A stretch of 64,000 bases of DNA from Bacteroidales bacterium (GTDB lineage Bacteria > Bacteroidota > Bacteroidia > Bacteroidales > F082). The position numbers and the translations under genes are program-made. The stretch covers positions 3,042,198-3,106,197 of the forward strand of contig OZ223471.1 of NCBI GenBank assembly GCA_965140775.1, written 5' to 3'. The notes beneath the pieces were generated by a model, which worked only from the letters and a program-made list of their open reading frames with translations, was not told the origin of the DNA and did no database searches. Of the stretch, positions 55,589 through 64,000 are shown piece after piece (the stretch's first letter is position 1; every line of letters starts with the position of its first letter).

Positions 55589-55764
55589 TTTGATTTTTTT
55601 AAATGAAGTGGCGAATTTAAAATAAAAAAAGCATGTAATAGGAGTATAATGAGTATAAATATCCAAACGGGCTGTTCACAAACGTGACACCAAGATGCTT
55701 TTTGGCATCTTTGACAACCAAATCTACAACGTTTGCAGCACTTTGACTCATTTTCACCAACCTG

Positions 55765-56733
55765 TTACTTTTTCTTCTTTTCAAAAAAATCTTTGTCCTT
55801 AAACAACTGCTTCATTTGGGTACCATTTTTGTCAACAAAAACGGCTTCGGTATTTTGCGTGGAAGTTACCAACATGTTTACTGAGTCTTGCTGATAGGCT
55901 TTTATCACCACCTCTTCCATGCCATCGCCGGTTATGGTCAGCACCTGCGCCAGAGGATACGCTTCGGGTTTGACATCCGTGAATTTGGAACCGTTTTTGC
56001 GTGAGAGCCCGGCGATAAACTGAGCAGCTTTTGTGGAATCAATGGGTTGATTGTCATATTGCCATTTTCCATCATTCAGCTGCATTACGTGACTGTTTTC
56101 TCCTGTATTATCCATGGCGACACGTTGTATCTGACTCTTATCCAGGTTGATCAGGGTTTTGTTTCGGAAGGCATCCATGTCCTTGCCCAAACCAAAACCA
56201 ATCTGACCGTCAATCACATAAACGGTAGGTTCGCCGGTAATGCAGGCGTAAAAAATCATTTCGCCCTGGGGCTGACGACCTCCGGGGTTGGGTTGGGCAT
56301 TTTGTGGCTGGATATAGTCGAATTTACCCAAAATTAAATCGCCCACCAACTTGCCATCGGAAAACATCTCCAGGTGGGTACCTTTGTCGGAGGTAACGGC
56401 AAATTCTTCGTGCGAAGAGGCTTTTTGTGAAGCAATCCGTTTGACGGGAATGGCATTGAGCATGCCCAACGTGCGTTTCATGGTATTGGCATCCGCCGTA
56501 TAGGTTTTCCCTTCACCTTGAATTTTCCAGCCTGCATCGGTTTTGGTCAGGGTAAATGCAGGGGCTCCGTCGGGAGGTGCAATATTCAATTGATCCACCG
56601 TGGCTGTATCGATCTGGGTAAGGGTGGTTTTATAGTTGCTCAAATTTCCGGCAGACCGCTGCGACCACCAGTAAATGGCCACCACCACAATTAAAATGGC
56701 CAGTAACAATAAGTTTCTGTTTTTACTTAACAT
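55765..56733 (-). CDS. DUF4340-like protein encoded downstream of gldG
   Basis: The product has a single N-terminal TM helix (LLLLAILIVVVAIYWW). Its position immediately after gldG (11-nt overlap) is typical of DUF4340 proteins. Confidence 0.6.
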   Translation of the reverse strand: MLSKNRNLLLLAILIVVVAIYWWSQRSAGNLSNYKTTLTQIDTATVDQLNIAPPDGAPAFTLTKTDAGWKIQGEGKTYTADANTMKRTLGMLNAIPVKRIASQKASSHEEFAVTSDKGTHLEMFSDGKLVGDLILGKFDYIQPQNAQPNPGGRQPQGEMIFYACITGEPTVYVIDGQIGFGLGKDMDAFRNKTLINLDKSQIQRVAMDNTGENSHVMQLNDGKWQYDNQPIDSTKAAQFIAGLSRKNGSKFTDVKPEAYPLAQVLTITGDGMEEVVIKAYQQDSVNMLVTSTQNTEAVFVDKNGTQMKQLFKDKDFFEKKKK

Positions 56734-58237
56734 AACCTTCCTCCATTCTTTTATTACGTTGTTTTCTTCTCCATTGCAGTCTGAAAAGTCCATAAATAAT
56801 CACCAACACCAAGGGCAACAGGAAGTTACCCCATTTCATCATCGCTTTTTTGGCGTCGGTAAGCTGATCGAGCGGACGTGAGGTGATGGTTTTGGTTCGC
56901 AATTCTATCAAACCGGTGGCGTCGCTCATCCAGTCGATGGAGTTCACCATTAAACTGATGTTATCGGGTTGCAACTGACGGGGACGTTGTCCGGTTCCGT
57001 TCACGGCGAAATCACCACTGGTTACCACAACAATTTTGGCGTTTTCCAATCCGAATTTACCTTCAAACAAGGCTGCAACCACCTGCTCTCCGTCGGGAAA
57101 ATCGGTACGCACCCAATTGTGCTGCACATCGATGCGCACAGGCAGATTTTGCAATCCCGTGAGTTCAGAAGTTTTGGCCAGCGGGGTATATCTGATGGAA
57201 GTGTCGCCGGTAAACGAAATGGGACTTGGAAAGCCCAACATGATTTGTTCCAAACCTTTGGTGATGCTTACATCAGCAAAATTGGAAATCAGTGGTAAAT
57301 AGGGGAATTTAACGGGAGTTGACATATTGAAAGCTCCCATTTGCTGACTTACATTCACATTTCCACACGAAGCATCCAATACAAATTGGTCGGACACCTG
57401 AATGCCCTTTTTGGCCAGCCATTCCGCCAAATTGGTGTTCACTTTTTCACCCGAAAGGGTTTGGAGGTTGGCATTCACCGTATTGAAAGCCACAAACAGG
57501 TTACCCCCGTTGTTCAGGTATTTGTCGAGTACCCGAAACGCCTCCACATTGAAGGTATCAGCCGGATTGGAAATCACCAACGTACGGAATTTGTTGATAT
57601 CGCGGATGGTATCGCTCAGGAAAACGGGTTCCACCTTGTAGAGCACATCCAGTTCGCCCAACACTTGTTGGTATGCCTCAAGAGCGGGTTCGCCCTGTCC
57701 CTGCACAAAGCCAATCAAAGGTTTATTGCTCACGCTCAGCTTTTTGATGGAAGTGGTGAGGTCGTACTCGATGCTACCCTGGGGATTAATAAAAGGAATC
57801 ACTTCCTTTTGGTTGTTGAGAGAAATAACGGCTCCCATGAACACTTTCTGTTGTTTTACCTCATCCTTTTCGCGGGCTTTGAACAGCATGGGATGAATTC
57901 CGGCAGCCATGGCTTCATTTTCGAGGGTGGGGTCTTTGCCCGGGTCTTCGAATTTAAACACCACATTGCCATGCGAAAGGCTGTTGTATTCCACCAGCAT
58001 GTCCTGAAAATTACGCTTTACCTTGGCCAAATCCGGAGGCAGGTCGGTGGTGAAATAGGCCGTTACGGTGACCGTATTGTCCAGGTCGTTCAGGATGTCC
58101 TTGGTGGCTTTGCTTAATGAATATTGTCCGCCCTCGGTTAGGTCGAACCGAAGAAAAAATTGCTCAGAAATGATGGCTACCACCACAAATATGGCCACCA
58201 ACAACAATACAGATGATAAATATGTTTTCTTTTTCAT
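56723..58237 (-). CDS. gldG: gliding-motility-associated ABC transporter accessory protein GldG
   Basis: 504 aa with N- and C-terminal TM helices flanking a large periplasmic domain. It follows the gldA and gldF genes. Confidence 0.75.
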   Translation of the reverse strand: MKKKTYLSSVLLLVAIFVVVAIISEQFFLRFDLTEGGQYSLSKATKDILNDLDNTVTVTAYFTTDLPPDLAKVKRNFQDMLVEYNSLSHGNVVFKFEDPGKDPTLENEAMAAGIHPMLFKAREKDEVKQQKVFMGAVISLNNQKEVIPFINPQGSIEYDLTTSIKKLSVSNKPLIGFVQGQGEPALEAYQQVLGELDVLYKVEPVFLSDTIRDINKFRTLVISNPADTFNVEAFRVLDKYLNNGGNLFVAFNTVNANLQTLSGEKVNTNLAEWLAKKGIQVSDQFVLDASCGNVNVSQQMGAFNMSTPVKFPYLPLISNFADVSITKGLEQIMLGFPSPISFTGDTSIRYTPLAKTSELTGLQNLPVRIDVQHNWVRTDFPDGEQVVAALFEGKFGLENAKIVVVTSGDFAVNGTGQRPRQLQPDNISLMVNSIDWMSDATGLIELRTKTITSRPLDQLTDAKKAMMKWGNFLLPLVLVIIYGLFRLQWRRKQRNKRMEEGYVK

Positions 58238-58255
58238 GATAGATTCCTTTCCTGA

Positions 58256-58978
58256 TTATGCAAACCGCTTGCGTATGAGCATGGTTTCCGAAAACACCAA
58301 CATAACAAAGGTGATACCTGCAAAGAACAGGACATCACGGGTATCGAGCACGCCACGGGTCATCGACTCGAAATGGGTGGAGGTGCTGAGGTAGTCGAGC
58401 ACATGTCCCGCCATTCCGGGAAGGTTTTGTCCCAGAATGCCAAAAATAATTTGGAAAAACACCCCGATGGAAAGCGCCAGCAAATAGCTCACAATCTGAT
58501 TGTTTCCAATGCTGCTGGTAAAAATGCCGATGCCAATCATCATGGAACTAAACAGCAGCAGGGCCAGGTATCCGCTAAACACCTCTCCCCCATCGATATT
58601 GCCGATGGTTGACAGGGTGATGGGATACACAAAGGTGAGAAACAAGGCCACCAGAATCAGGAGCAGCGAGGCCATGTATTTTCCCATAATTACCTGCCAG
58701 TTGCTCACGGGACGGGTAAGTAGCAATTCGATGGTCCCCATGCGGTTTTCTTCGGAGAGCAACCTCATGGTGAGGGCCGGAATAAAGAAAAACAAGGTCC
58801 AATAGGCGATATTGAAAAATGGCATCAGGGTAGCTTGCTTGATAAAAAAGATGTCGTTGCCATTGATCCAGGTAAAAAATCCGCTGAATCCCAGAAACAG
58901 GATAAGCAGGATATAGGCCATCAGCGAGTCGAAATAGGCCTGTAGTTCACGTTTGGTAATGATCCAGATTTGTTTCAT
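58256..58978 (-). CDS. gldF: gliding-motility-associated ABC-2 permease GldF
   Basis: 240 aa with six TM helices. The N-terminal motif KRELQAYFDSLMAYI is present. The gene lies between gldA and gldG. Confidence 0.75.
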   Translation of the reverse strand: MKQIWIITKRELQAYFDSLMAYILLILFLGFSGFFTWINGNDIFFIKQATLMPFFNIAYWTLFFFIPALTMRLLSEENRMGTIELLLTRPVSNWQVIMGKYMASLLLILVALFLTFVYPITLSTIGNIDGGEVFSGYLALLLFSSMMIGIGIFTSSIGNNQIVSYLLALSIGVFFQIIFGILGQNLPGMAGHVLDYLSTSTHFESMTRGVLDTRDVLFFAGITFVMLVFSETMLIRKRFA

Positions 58979-59029
58979 AAGTAAAAATATTTTGTCGGTA
59001 CCACAAGACGATTCCCGTGGATTCCGCGG

Positions 59030-59974
59030 TTAATTCCTGACGGATGACTCCATCGTTAATTCCTTAAAGATATCTTCCAGCTTGGTTTCCACCGGAATCA
59101 GTTCGGTGAGCACCCAACCCTTTTTCACGCAAAGGTTGAACACGGCCTCATCGAGTTTGGCAGCCGGCGAACCGTCGATTTGGAAGCGATTTTGGTCTTT
59201 GTCGATAAAATCAACCAACTGCGCACCTTCCATTTCCTGAAGCGCTTTGAACACCACATCCGTTTCACCTTTCAGGATTTTTACTTTGAAGATGGCTTTT
59301 CCACTTGCCTGATTGCGCAAATCCTTGGTGGTGCCGTCGGCCACGATTTTTCCTTTGTTGATGATCATGATGCGGTCGCAGGTGGCTTCTACCTCGGCCA
59401 GGATGTGGGAGCTGAGGATGACCGTTTTTTCTCTACCTATTTTACGGATCAGTTCCCTGATTTCGATGATTTGGTTGGGATCGAGACCGGTGGTAGGCTC
59501 ATCCAGGATGAGTACTTCGGGTTTGTGGATCAACGCCTGGGCCAGCCCCACGCGTTGCTTGTATCCTTTGGAAAGCTCGCTAATGCGCTTGTGTTTTTCG
59601 GCTTCCAGACCACATAAGTCGATCACGTTCAACATACTGTCCTGAAGTTGACTTTTGGGAATCCCTTGCAATTCGCCCACAAACTTCAGGTAATCGATTA
59701 CCGGCATATCTTCGTACAAGGGATTGTTTTCGGGCAGGTAACCGATATTTTTCTTCAGCTTTTCGGGTTGATCGTGTATGGAAAATTCACCCACATGAAT
59801 GTCACCCGAATCGGGCACCAGAAAGGTGGTAATGGCTTTCATGGTAGTGGTTTTTCCTGCTCCGTTGGGTCCCAAAAACCCCAGAACTTCACCGGTTCGC
59901 ACGCGAAACGAAATATCATCCACAGCACGCTGTACACCGTAGGTTTTAACCAGGTTTTCAACAACAATATCCAT
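59030..59974 (-). CDS. gldA: gliding-motility-associated ABC transporter ATP-binding protein GldA
   Basis: Walker A GPNGAGKTT, signature LSKGYKQR and Walker B LILDEPTTGLD are all present. It is the first gene of the gldAFG arrangement. Confidence 0.8.
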   Translation of the reverse strand: MDIVVENLVKTYGVQRAVDDISFRVRTGEVLGFLGPNGAGKTTTMKAITTFLVPDSGDIHVGEFSIHDQPEKLKKNIGYLPENNPLYEDMPVIDYLKFVGELQGIPKSQLQDSMLNVIDLCGLEAEKHKRISELSKGYKQRVGLAQALIHKPEVLILDEPTTGLDPNQIIEIRELIRKIGREKTVILSSHILAEVEATCDRIMIINKGKIVADGTTKDLRNQASGKAIFKVKILKGETDVVFKALQEMEGAQLVDFIDKDQNRFQIDGSPAAKLDEAVFNLCVKKGWVLTELIPVETKLEDIFKELTMESSVRN

Positions 59975-60097
59975 AATTTAAGTTCATTAGATGAGTAAAT
60001 GAATAAATTCAGTGCAAAATAAAATAATTCATTTTTCAAGAAAAAGGAATGGCCGTGGGGTTTAACAAATCTTAACAGTAGAAACCAGGCGGTTATT

Positions 60098-60196
60098 GGG
60101 TGAAGGGGAGAGATGGTGAGGGGGTGAAGGGGAGAATTGGTGAGGGGGGTGATGTTCCGTCGCGGTCTGTTTTTTGGGCTTAGGTGGGTTTAGATT
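60098..60196. repeat. G-rich element: 23-24-bp tandem GGTGAAGGGGAGAnnTGGTGAGGGG (about 2.3 copies) plus a GGGTGATGTT...TTTTTTGGGCTTAGGTGGGTTTAGA block
   Basis: This was read directly from the sequence. The second block has a related copy at 61127-61180. Confidence 0.6.
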
Positions 60197-60218
60197 CGAT
60201 GATGGTGGGTATAAGTGT

Positions 60219-60631
60219 TTATTTTCTGATGCTTTGAAGGAATTCGTGAGGTGACATCACAGGTAATTCGGATTTCTTAAAGTCTTTCCCGTTTCTTGTT
60301 ATAATAATGTCGCATTCTGTCCGTAATGCGCTAAAATATTGTAATGCATCTTCAAAGCCGGAAAAGTCTGAGTTTTGTCCTTTTTCAATAATCACTTCAT
60401 CCAATTCAGCTATTTCTGAGATGACTTTGAACTTTCTTAGTTTTTCTTTTGTTTTTTCAAGTCCGTAGTAACTAACCAGAAAATAATTTATCGTTGCATA
60501 AGATAAAGCTGATACAACAATCTGAACAGACCTCTTGTCGGCTAAAGTTGCAATTTTGCGGCTGAAACATAAAACGGATCACGTTCACCGAGAAAATCAA
60601 TCATCACACTGGTGTCTAAAAATAATCTCAT
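60219..60631 (-). pseudogene. PIN-domain (VapC-like) toxin gene interrupted by a 1-nt frameshift in an A4 run
   Basis: Frame 1 reads MRLFLDTSVMIDFLGERDPFYVSAAKLQL*. The -1 frame continues as IATLADKRSVQIVVSALSYATINYFLVSYYGLEKTKEKLRKFKVISEIAELDEVIIEKGQNSDF...ITRNGKDFKKS. One extra A at plus-strand 60554-60557 would restore a 137-aa PIN protein. Confidence 0.7.
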
Positions 60632-60633
60632 GG

Positions 60634-60884
60634 CTATTGATGTTTTTCTTCCAGATGATTTAAGATTTCAGATTTGTAGTCTAAGTCAGCAGGAATTTTA
60701 ATTCCGGTTGACATGCTTTTTACAAAAGGTGAAATTTCAATATCGTTCTCATTTTTTTCATTCTCGCGATCAACAAGTGATCTTAAATAGGATTCAATGA
60801 TTCTTGAAAGACTCCGTTTCTGCGAAGAGTCATATACTTTCGCTTGTTCGATAACGAGTCTGTCCAGTTTGAGCGTTAGTTTTG
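60634..60884 (-). pseudogene. small antitoxin-like ORF (DUF6364-like, from memory) with no canonical start codon
   Basis: My own translation is IKDTKLTLKLDRLVIEQAKVYDSSQKRSLSRIIESYLRSLV...HLEEKHQ*. The first sense codon after an in-frame TAA that matches the family N-terminus is ATC. The stop lies 2 nt before the PIN ATG. Confidence 0.45.
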
Positions 60885-61126
60885 TGTCCTTGATGAAAAA
60901 TTATACGTGCAAATACAATCAATTAGCCCGTATTCAGCAAATTGTTTTTTCTCTTACACTTCCTTCCAAGGTTAAGCACTTGAAAAGTAAGCGATTCCGG
61001 CGCACAACCAAAACTGTTCAATCACCACATCCAAGACGATTGATTACCTGTGATTTAGCCCAACAGGGTTTAAAACTCAATTGAGCGGGTGCTTTCGCTA
61101 AATTCCGGAGTTGATTTACAGGTTGT

Positions 61127-61180
61127 GGGTGATGTTTTCATTGTGGGGTGGTTTTTTTGGGACTTGGGTGGGCTTTAAAA
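61127..61180. repeat. second copy of the GGGTGATGTT...TTTTTTGGG.CTT.GGTGGG.TTTA element
   Basis: It aligns by eye with 60147-60195 at roughly 70% identity. It ends 5 nt from the stop of the ORF at 61185. Confidence 0.5.
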
Positions 61181-61184
61181 CCTA

Positions 61185-61934
61185 TTATGTTTGGGAAAAG
61201 TTTTTTATTTTTTCTAGTCTTGTTTTAACAAATTCATAGACATTTCGAGATTTCATCTCAATAAATGGGTCAATATCATTGTTATCCATAATCAATTGAT
61301 TTACCTCTATTTCCCAAATATAAAAGCTTAATTTATTATTTGGATTTAAAATCCTAATATAATCCGTTAGTTTACTTTTATAATTTTCTTTAAATCCCAA
61401 AGTATCATTATCATAAAATACTTGATAAACAACAATTGCCTGTCCATTCGTATTGCAAGCCGATGCTGTACGATGATAAAATTGATAACTTATTTGATTT
61501 AAAGAGTCATTATCAAATCCATTTGAAAATGGTTTAATTAAGCTTGTCCAATAATTTAGGACTTTAATTCTATTCTCCTTATCACCAGCGCGCTTCCAGT
61601 CATCAATTAAATCTGGTTTAACCTTAACATACTCTGTAAACTTAGCTTCAATAGCAACTTTGAAATCATTGCTTAAAATCATTAAATCTGTCATAGATGA
61701 CTTGCCTATTCCTTGTTTAGGCTTAGTCGGGTATTCAAAGCATAGAATAGGTTTGACGCATTTCAATTCAAGCTTATTGAATAAGTCATTTAATCGATTG
61801 TTTGTATCTTTCCAGAATTGAACTAAAGGAATGCTAGAAGTTCTAAATGAATTAATCTTAGTTCCTGAAAACTGGTCAATAATTGTGTCAAAATCGTAGG
61901 AGTTGGGTTGTCCAAATCTAAGTTCTAAATTCAT
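61185..61934 (-). CDS. hypothetical protein with a PD-(D/E)xK nuclease-like motif
   Basis: 249 aa, encoded in AT-rich DNA. The segment SSMTDLMILSNDFKVAIEAKFTE fits a D...(E/D)xK restriction-endonuclease-like core. Confidence 0.5.
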   Translation of the reverse strand: MNLELRFGQPNSYDFDTIIDQFSGTKINSFRTSSIPLVQFWKDTNNRLNDLFNKLELKCVKPILCFEYPTKPKQGIGKSSMTDLMILSNDFKVAIEAKFTEYVKVKPDLIDDWKRAGDKENRIKVLNYWTSLIKPFSNGFDNDSLNQISYQFYHRTASACNTNGQAIVVYQVFYDNDTLGFKENYKSKLTDYIRILNPNNKLSFYIWEIEVNQLIMDNNDIDPFIEMKSRNVYEFVKTRLEKIKNFSQT

Positions 61935-61990
61935 AGTTTACACATTATCAAGTTATAGTCAATTATTCGCGTGAGTTTTTTAAATTTTGC

Positions 61991-62118
61991 CAAACGGTAA
62001 ACTGCATGATTAGTAGCCTATTGCGGAGCACTTTCCAGTCAAGCTACAAAAAAGCTGAAGCGGGTTACAACCCTTGAATCTACTACGGTCTCGGCTATTA
62101 TTTTTATACATTATTGTG
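61991..62118. repeat. ~128-bp inter-cassette repeat, copy 1
   Basis: It is about 83% identical by eye to 63159-63285. A terminal 27-bp block is identical in both copies: CGGCTATTATTTTTATACATTATTGTG. Confidence 0.8.
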
Positions 62119-62128
62119 CCTAGTTTTT

Positions 62129-63136
62129 TTATTTCCAAGTTACTTTTTTTAATTCCTCAGCTATTAACTTAGTGTCGTTAAAATCGGTGATGGTCAAGTA
62201 ATCTCTTAAGTCTTTGTATCTGTAACCCTGTATTCCTCCGTGAGATGTTTTTCGGAAATCAGTGTCATAGGTTTTGTCTTCTAAAAGGATGTAATATTTT
62301 AAACCAAAATGATTTTCGCCCAAATCATATAATCCATTTTTAAGTCGGTCAATTTGTTTGTCTGTATGTCCTTTGCTATGCATAGTTAAGTCATTTGTAT
62401 TAGCGTCATAGTCAGCGATTATTGTCGTTTCAATTTCCGATATTGTTCTTACAGACTTCCAATTATACAACCCGAAAAATTTAAACTTTTGACTATGCCA
62501 ACTAACTGGACAGTAGTATATTTTGTGCTTTTTATTCCAATTATAAGAGAAACCTGTTGGCACAAATAGCAATTTGTATTCTTCATTGGAGATTAAATTA
62601 CTGCTTATACAGTAATTGCTGAAATCGTCAAGAAGTAACCTCAATTCCGTATCGTGATTGTTCTCTTCGTAAATACCTTCTATGTTTTCAATTAAGTCGG
62701 CGAATACTAAATTGTTAAATTGTATTTTTAGATTAGGGTATGTATCTTTGAGCTTTTTATTTATTTCTAGAACTTCTTTTTCGCCAAATCTAATCGAACT
62801 CAAATGCCAAAGTTGATTCTGACTATTTTCATTAAACACTTTTCCGTACTTAATCAATTTCCCAATAAATTCTTTACTATTCAATTTGGTTTCAATAAGA
62901 ATCTTTGAAGGTTTTACTTCTATATGTCCATCAATCACGCCATTCTTGATTCCAACTTGTTGTCTAAAAATTGGCCGAGGATAATAATATTGGTCAATAC
63001 TTCCTTCGTTCAAACGTTCAATTATTGTTTTGTAATAATCAACATTTAGGTCATTTAACCTAGATAGCATCAATAATACATTGTTAGTGACGGTATTTTC
63101 TCTTTGTGAATATTTTTGAAATTGACTTATTCTCAT
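62129..63136 (-). CDS. hypothetical protein, N-terminal PD-(D/E)xK-like nuclease motif plus uncharacterised C-terminal domain
   Basis: 335 aa, encoded in AT-rich DNA. The segments QRENTVTNNVLLMLSRL...GVIDGHIEVKPSKILIETKL fit an E...D...ExK pattern. Confidence 0.5.
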   Translation of the reverse strand: MRISQFQKYSQRENTVTNNVLLMLSRLNDLNVDYYKTIIERLNEGSIDQYYYPRPIFRQQVGIKNGVIDGHIEVKPSKILIETKLNSKEFIGKLIKYGKVFNENSQNQLWHLSSIRFGEKEVLEINKKLKDTYPNLKIQFNNLVFADLIENIEGIYEENNHDTELRLLLDDFSNYCISSNLISNEEYKLLFVPTGFSYNWNKKHKIYYCPVSWHSQKFKFFGLYNWKSVRTISEIETTIIADYDANTNDLTMHSKGHTDKQIDRLKNGLYDLGENHFGLKYYILLEDKTYDTDFRKTSHGGIQGYRYKDLRDYLTITDFNDTKLIAEELKKVTWK

Positions 63137-63158
63137 ATCTTATTTTTTAAATTAGGTA

Positions 63159-63285
63159 CAACGGTAAATTGTATGATCAGTAGCCGATTGCGTGGGACTT
63201 TCCTGTCAAGTTACACGAATGTTGGAGCGGGCTAAAACCCTTGAATTTACTACTGAGGCGGCTATTATTTTTATACATTATTGTG
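63159..63285. repeat. ~128-bp inter-cassette repeat, copy 2
   Basis: See copy 1. Here the last 15 bp of the repeat encode the C-terminus (HNNV*) of the ORF ending at 63271. Confidence 0.8.
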
Positions 63286-64000
63286 GGTAGTTATTAGTTC
63301 TTTTGCTATTTCTATTTTTGCTCCGTCAATATCTTTTTGATTAGTTTCATTATTTTCAATTGATTCAATAATCTTAATAGACATACCAACATTATTAATT
63401 TTTTCTAAACTTTTCGAATGTTGAATTGCTTGAGTAATTGTTGATTTGTAAATAAATAAAAATGTTGCACCAATAAATTCTGTAATAATACCAGCTATAA
63501 TTCCGATATCCTCATTCTTAATCTCTTTGTCATAAAACACACCAGCGATAAGAATTGAAACTATTAACAAAAACCCCATTATCATAACAGCAATACTTAA
63601 TTTATATATACTGTTTACTTGTTCAATATTTTTGTTATAATATTTTTGAAGTGTTGCATTTGCTAAATCCCAAACTGGCAGCACTTCATTTGGAGTCTCT
63701 TTAATTTTCTTCTTTGCATTACTAATATCTTGTTCGATATCTTCTGATTCACTTGCTTGCTTTTCTTTTTCAATTAAATAAGCAATGGCAATCTTAACTA
63801 AAATTATTAGGACAAATGCAACTAAGATAATCCTCAAATACAGTCGTTGCCACATCGGAAAATTATCTATTACATCATTTAAAAAGCCCGAGATTTGATT
63901 ATAATCATAAATTCCAATTAATTTCTTACACTCCTGTTCAAACTCTTCATTTGTTTTGAAACTCACATCCTTTATCTCATGTAATTTTACAATCAGTTTA
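63271..64000 (-). CDS. multi-TM protein with coiled-coil segments, resembling 2TM effector domains (SLATT / TRADD-N-associated type); 5' end possibly outside the window
   Basis: The track ORF starts at GTG 63966, but the frame stays open to position 64000. TM helices are LRIILVAFVLIILVKIAIAYLI, LSIAVMIMGFLLIVSILIAGVF and IGIIAGIITEFIGATFLFIY, followed by KSTITQA...L. Confidence 0.5.
   Translation of the reverse strand, partial: KLIVKLHEIKDVSFKTNEEFEQECKKLIGIYDYNQISGFLNDVIDNFPMWQRLYLRIILVAFVLIILVKIAIAYLIEKEKQASESEDIEQDISNAKKKIKETPNEVLPVWDLANATLQKYYNKNIEQVNSIYKLSIAVMIMGFLLIVSILIAGVFYDKEIKNEDIGIIAGIITEFIGATFLFIYKSTITQAIQHSKSLEKINNVGMSIKIIESIENNETNQKDIDGAKIEIAKELITTHNNV

Noticed and set aside
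55700-55740. AAGATGC-caaaaa-GCATCTT hairpin downstream of the DUF4340 gene as a terminator.
   Set aside because: - The stem is only 7 bp and AT-containing, with no following T-run on the minus strand.
- This is too weak to call.
60797-61084. 95-aa plus-strand ORF in the AT-rich region.
   Set aside because: - Its 5' part is antisense to the antitoxin-like frame.
- The rest runs through non-coding spacer, and there are no recognisable motifs.
61991-63285. The inter-cassette repeats as classical integron attC sites.
   Set aside because: - I could not find the RYYYAAC / GTTRRRY core sites at the repeat ends.
- I could not find the expected imperfect inverted-repeat (R''-L''/L'-R') organisation.
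- No intI gene is in the window.
- The observation is kept as a generic cassette-repeat finding only.

Overview
This 64-kb chromosomal window looks Bacteroidota-type. The evidence is T9SS type-B C-terminal-domain cargo followed by a PorP/SprF gene, a gldA-gldF-gldG operon, and TAnnTTTG-like -7 boxes. Nearly all genes are on the minus strand.

Content from left to right:
- 1-3.9 kb: a TolC/HlyD/ABC-2 efflux operon with a UPF0175/DUF3368 toxin-antitoxin pair wedged inside it.
- 4-7.9 kb: housekeeping genes (FkbM methyltransferase, DUF502, surE, small membrane proteins, and a stand-alone SecD-head-like protein).
- 7.9-15.9 kb: an envelope module in gene order GT4 glycosyltransferase, LolD-like ATPase, 1094-aa double-FtsX permease, PQQ-like beta-propeller, LolA-like protein.
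- 15.9-16.7 kb: an 830-bp non-coding spacer packed with repeats and strongly strand-asymmetric.
- 16.7-29.4 kb: a tightly packed ten-gene operon, the most unusual feature of the window. It joins cytoplasmic NuoE/NuoF-like and GltD-like flavoproteins, a NapH-like membrane polyferredoxin, a Tat-exported NapG-like ferredoxin, a roughly 70-aa Tat-signal Cys4 peptide, one NHL propeller and four PQQ-like propellers. I saw no haem (CxxCH) motif and no recognisable terminal catalytic subunit.
- 29.6-51.9 kb: PorP/SprF plus two tandem giant PKD-repeat T9SS proteins (3555 and 3426 aa). Their 3' 5.18 kb form an indel-free, near-identical direct repeat.
- 52.3-60 kb: rpmH, pepD, an MFS transporter, and DUF4340-gldG-gldF-gldA.
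- 60.2-64 kb: an AT-rich accessory region with a decayed PIN/antitoxin pair and three cassette-like ORFs (two PD-(D/E)xK-like, one multi-TM effector-like) separated by conserved repeats of about 128 bp.

I found no rRNA, tRNA or CRISPR array. All family assignments come from reading motifs in the translations, not from searches.
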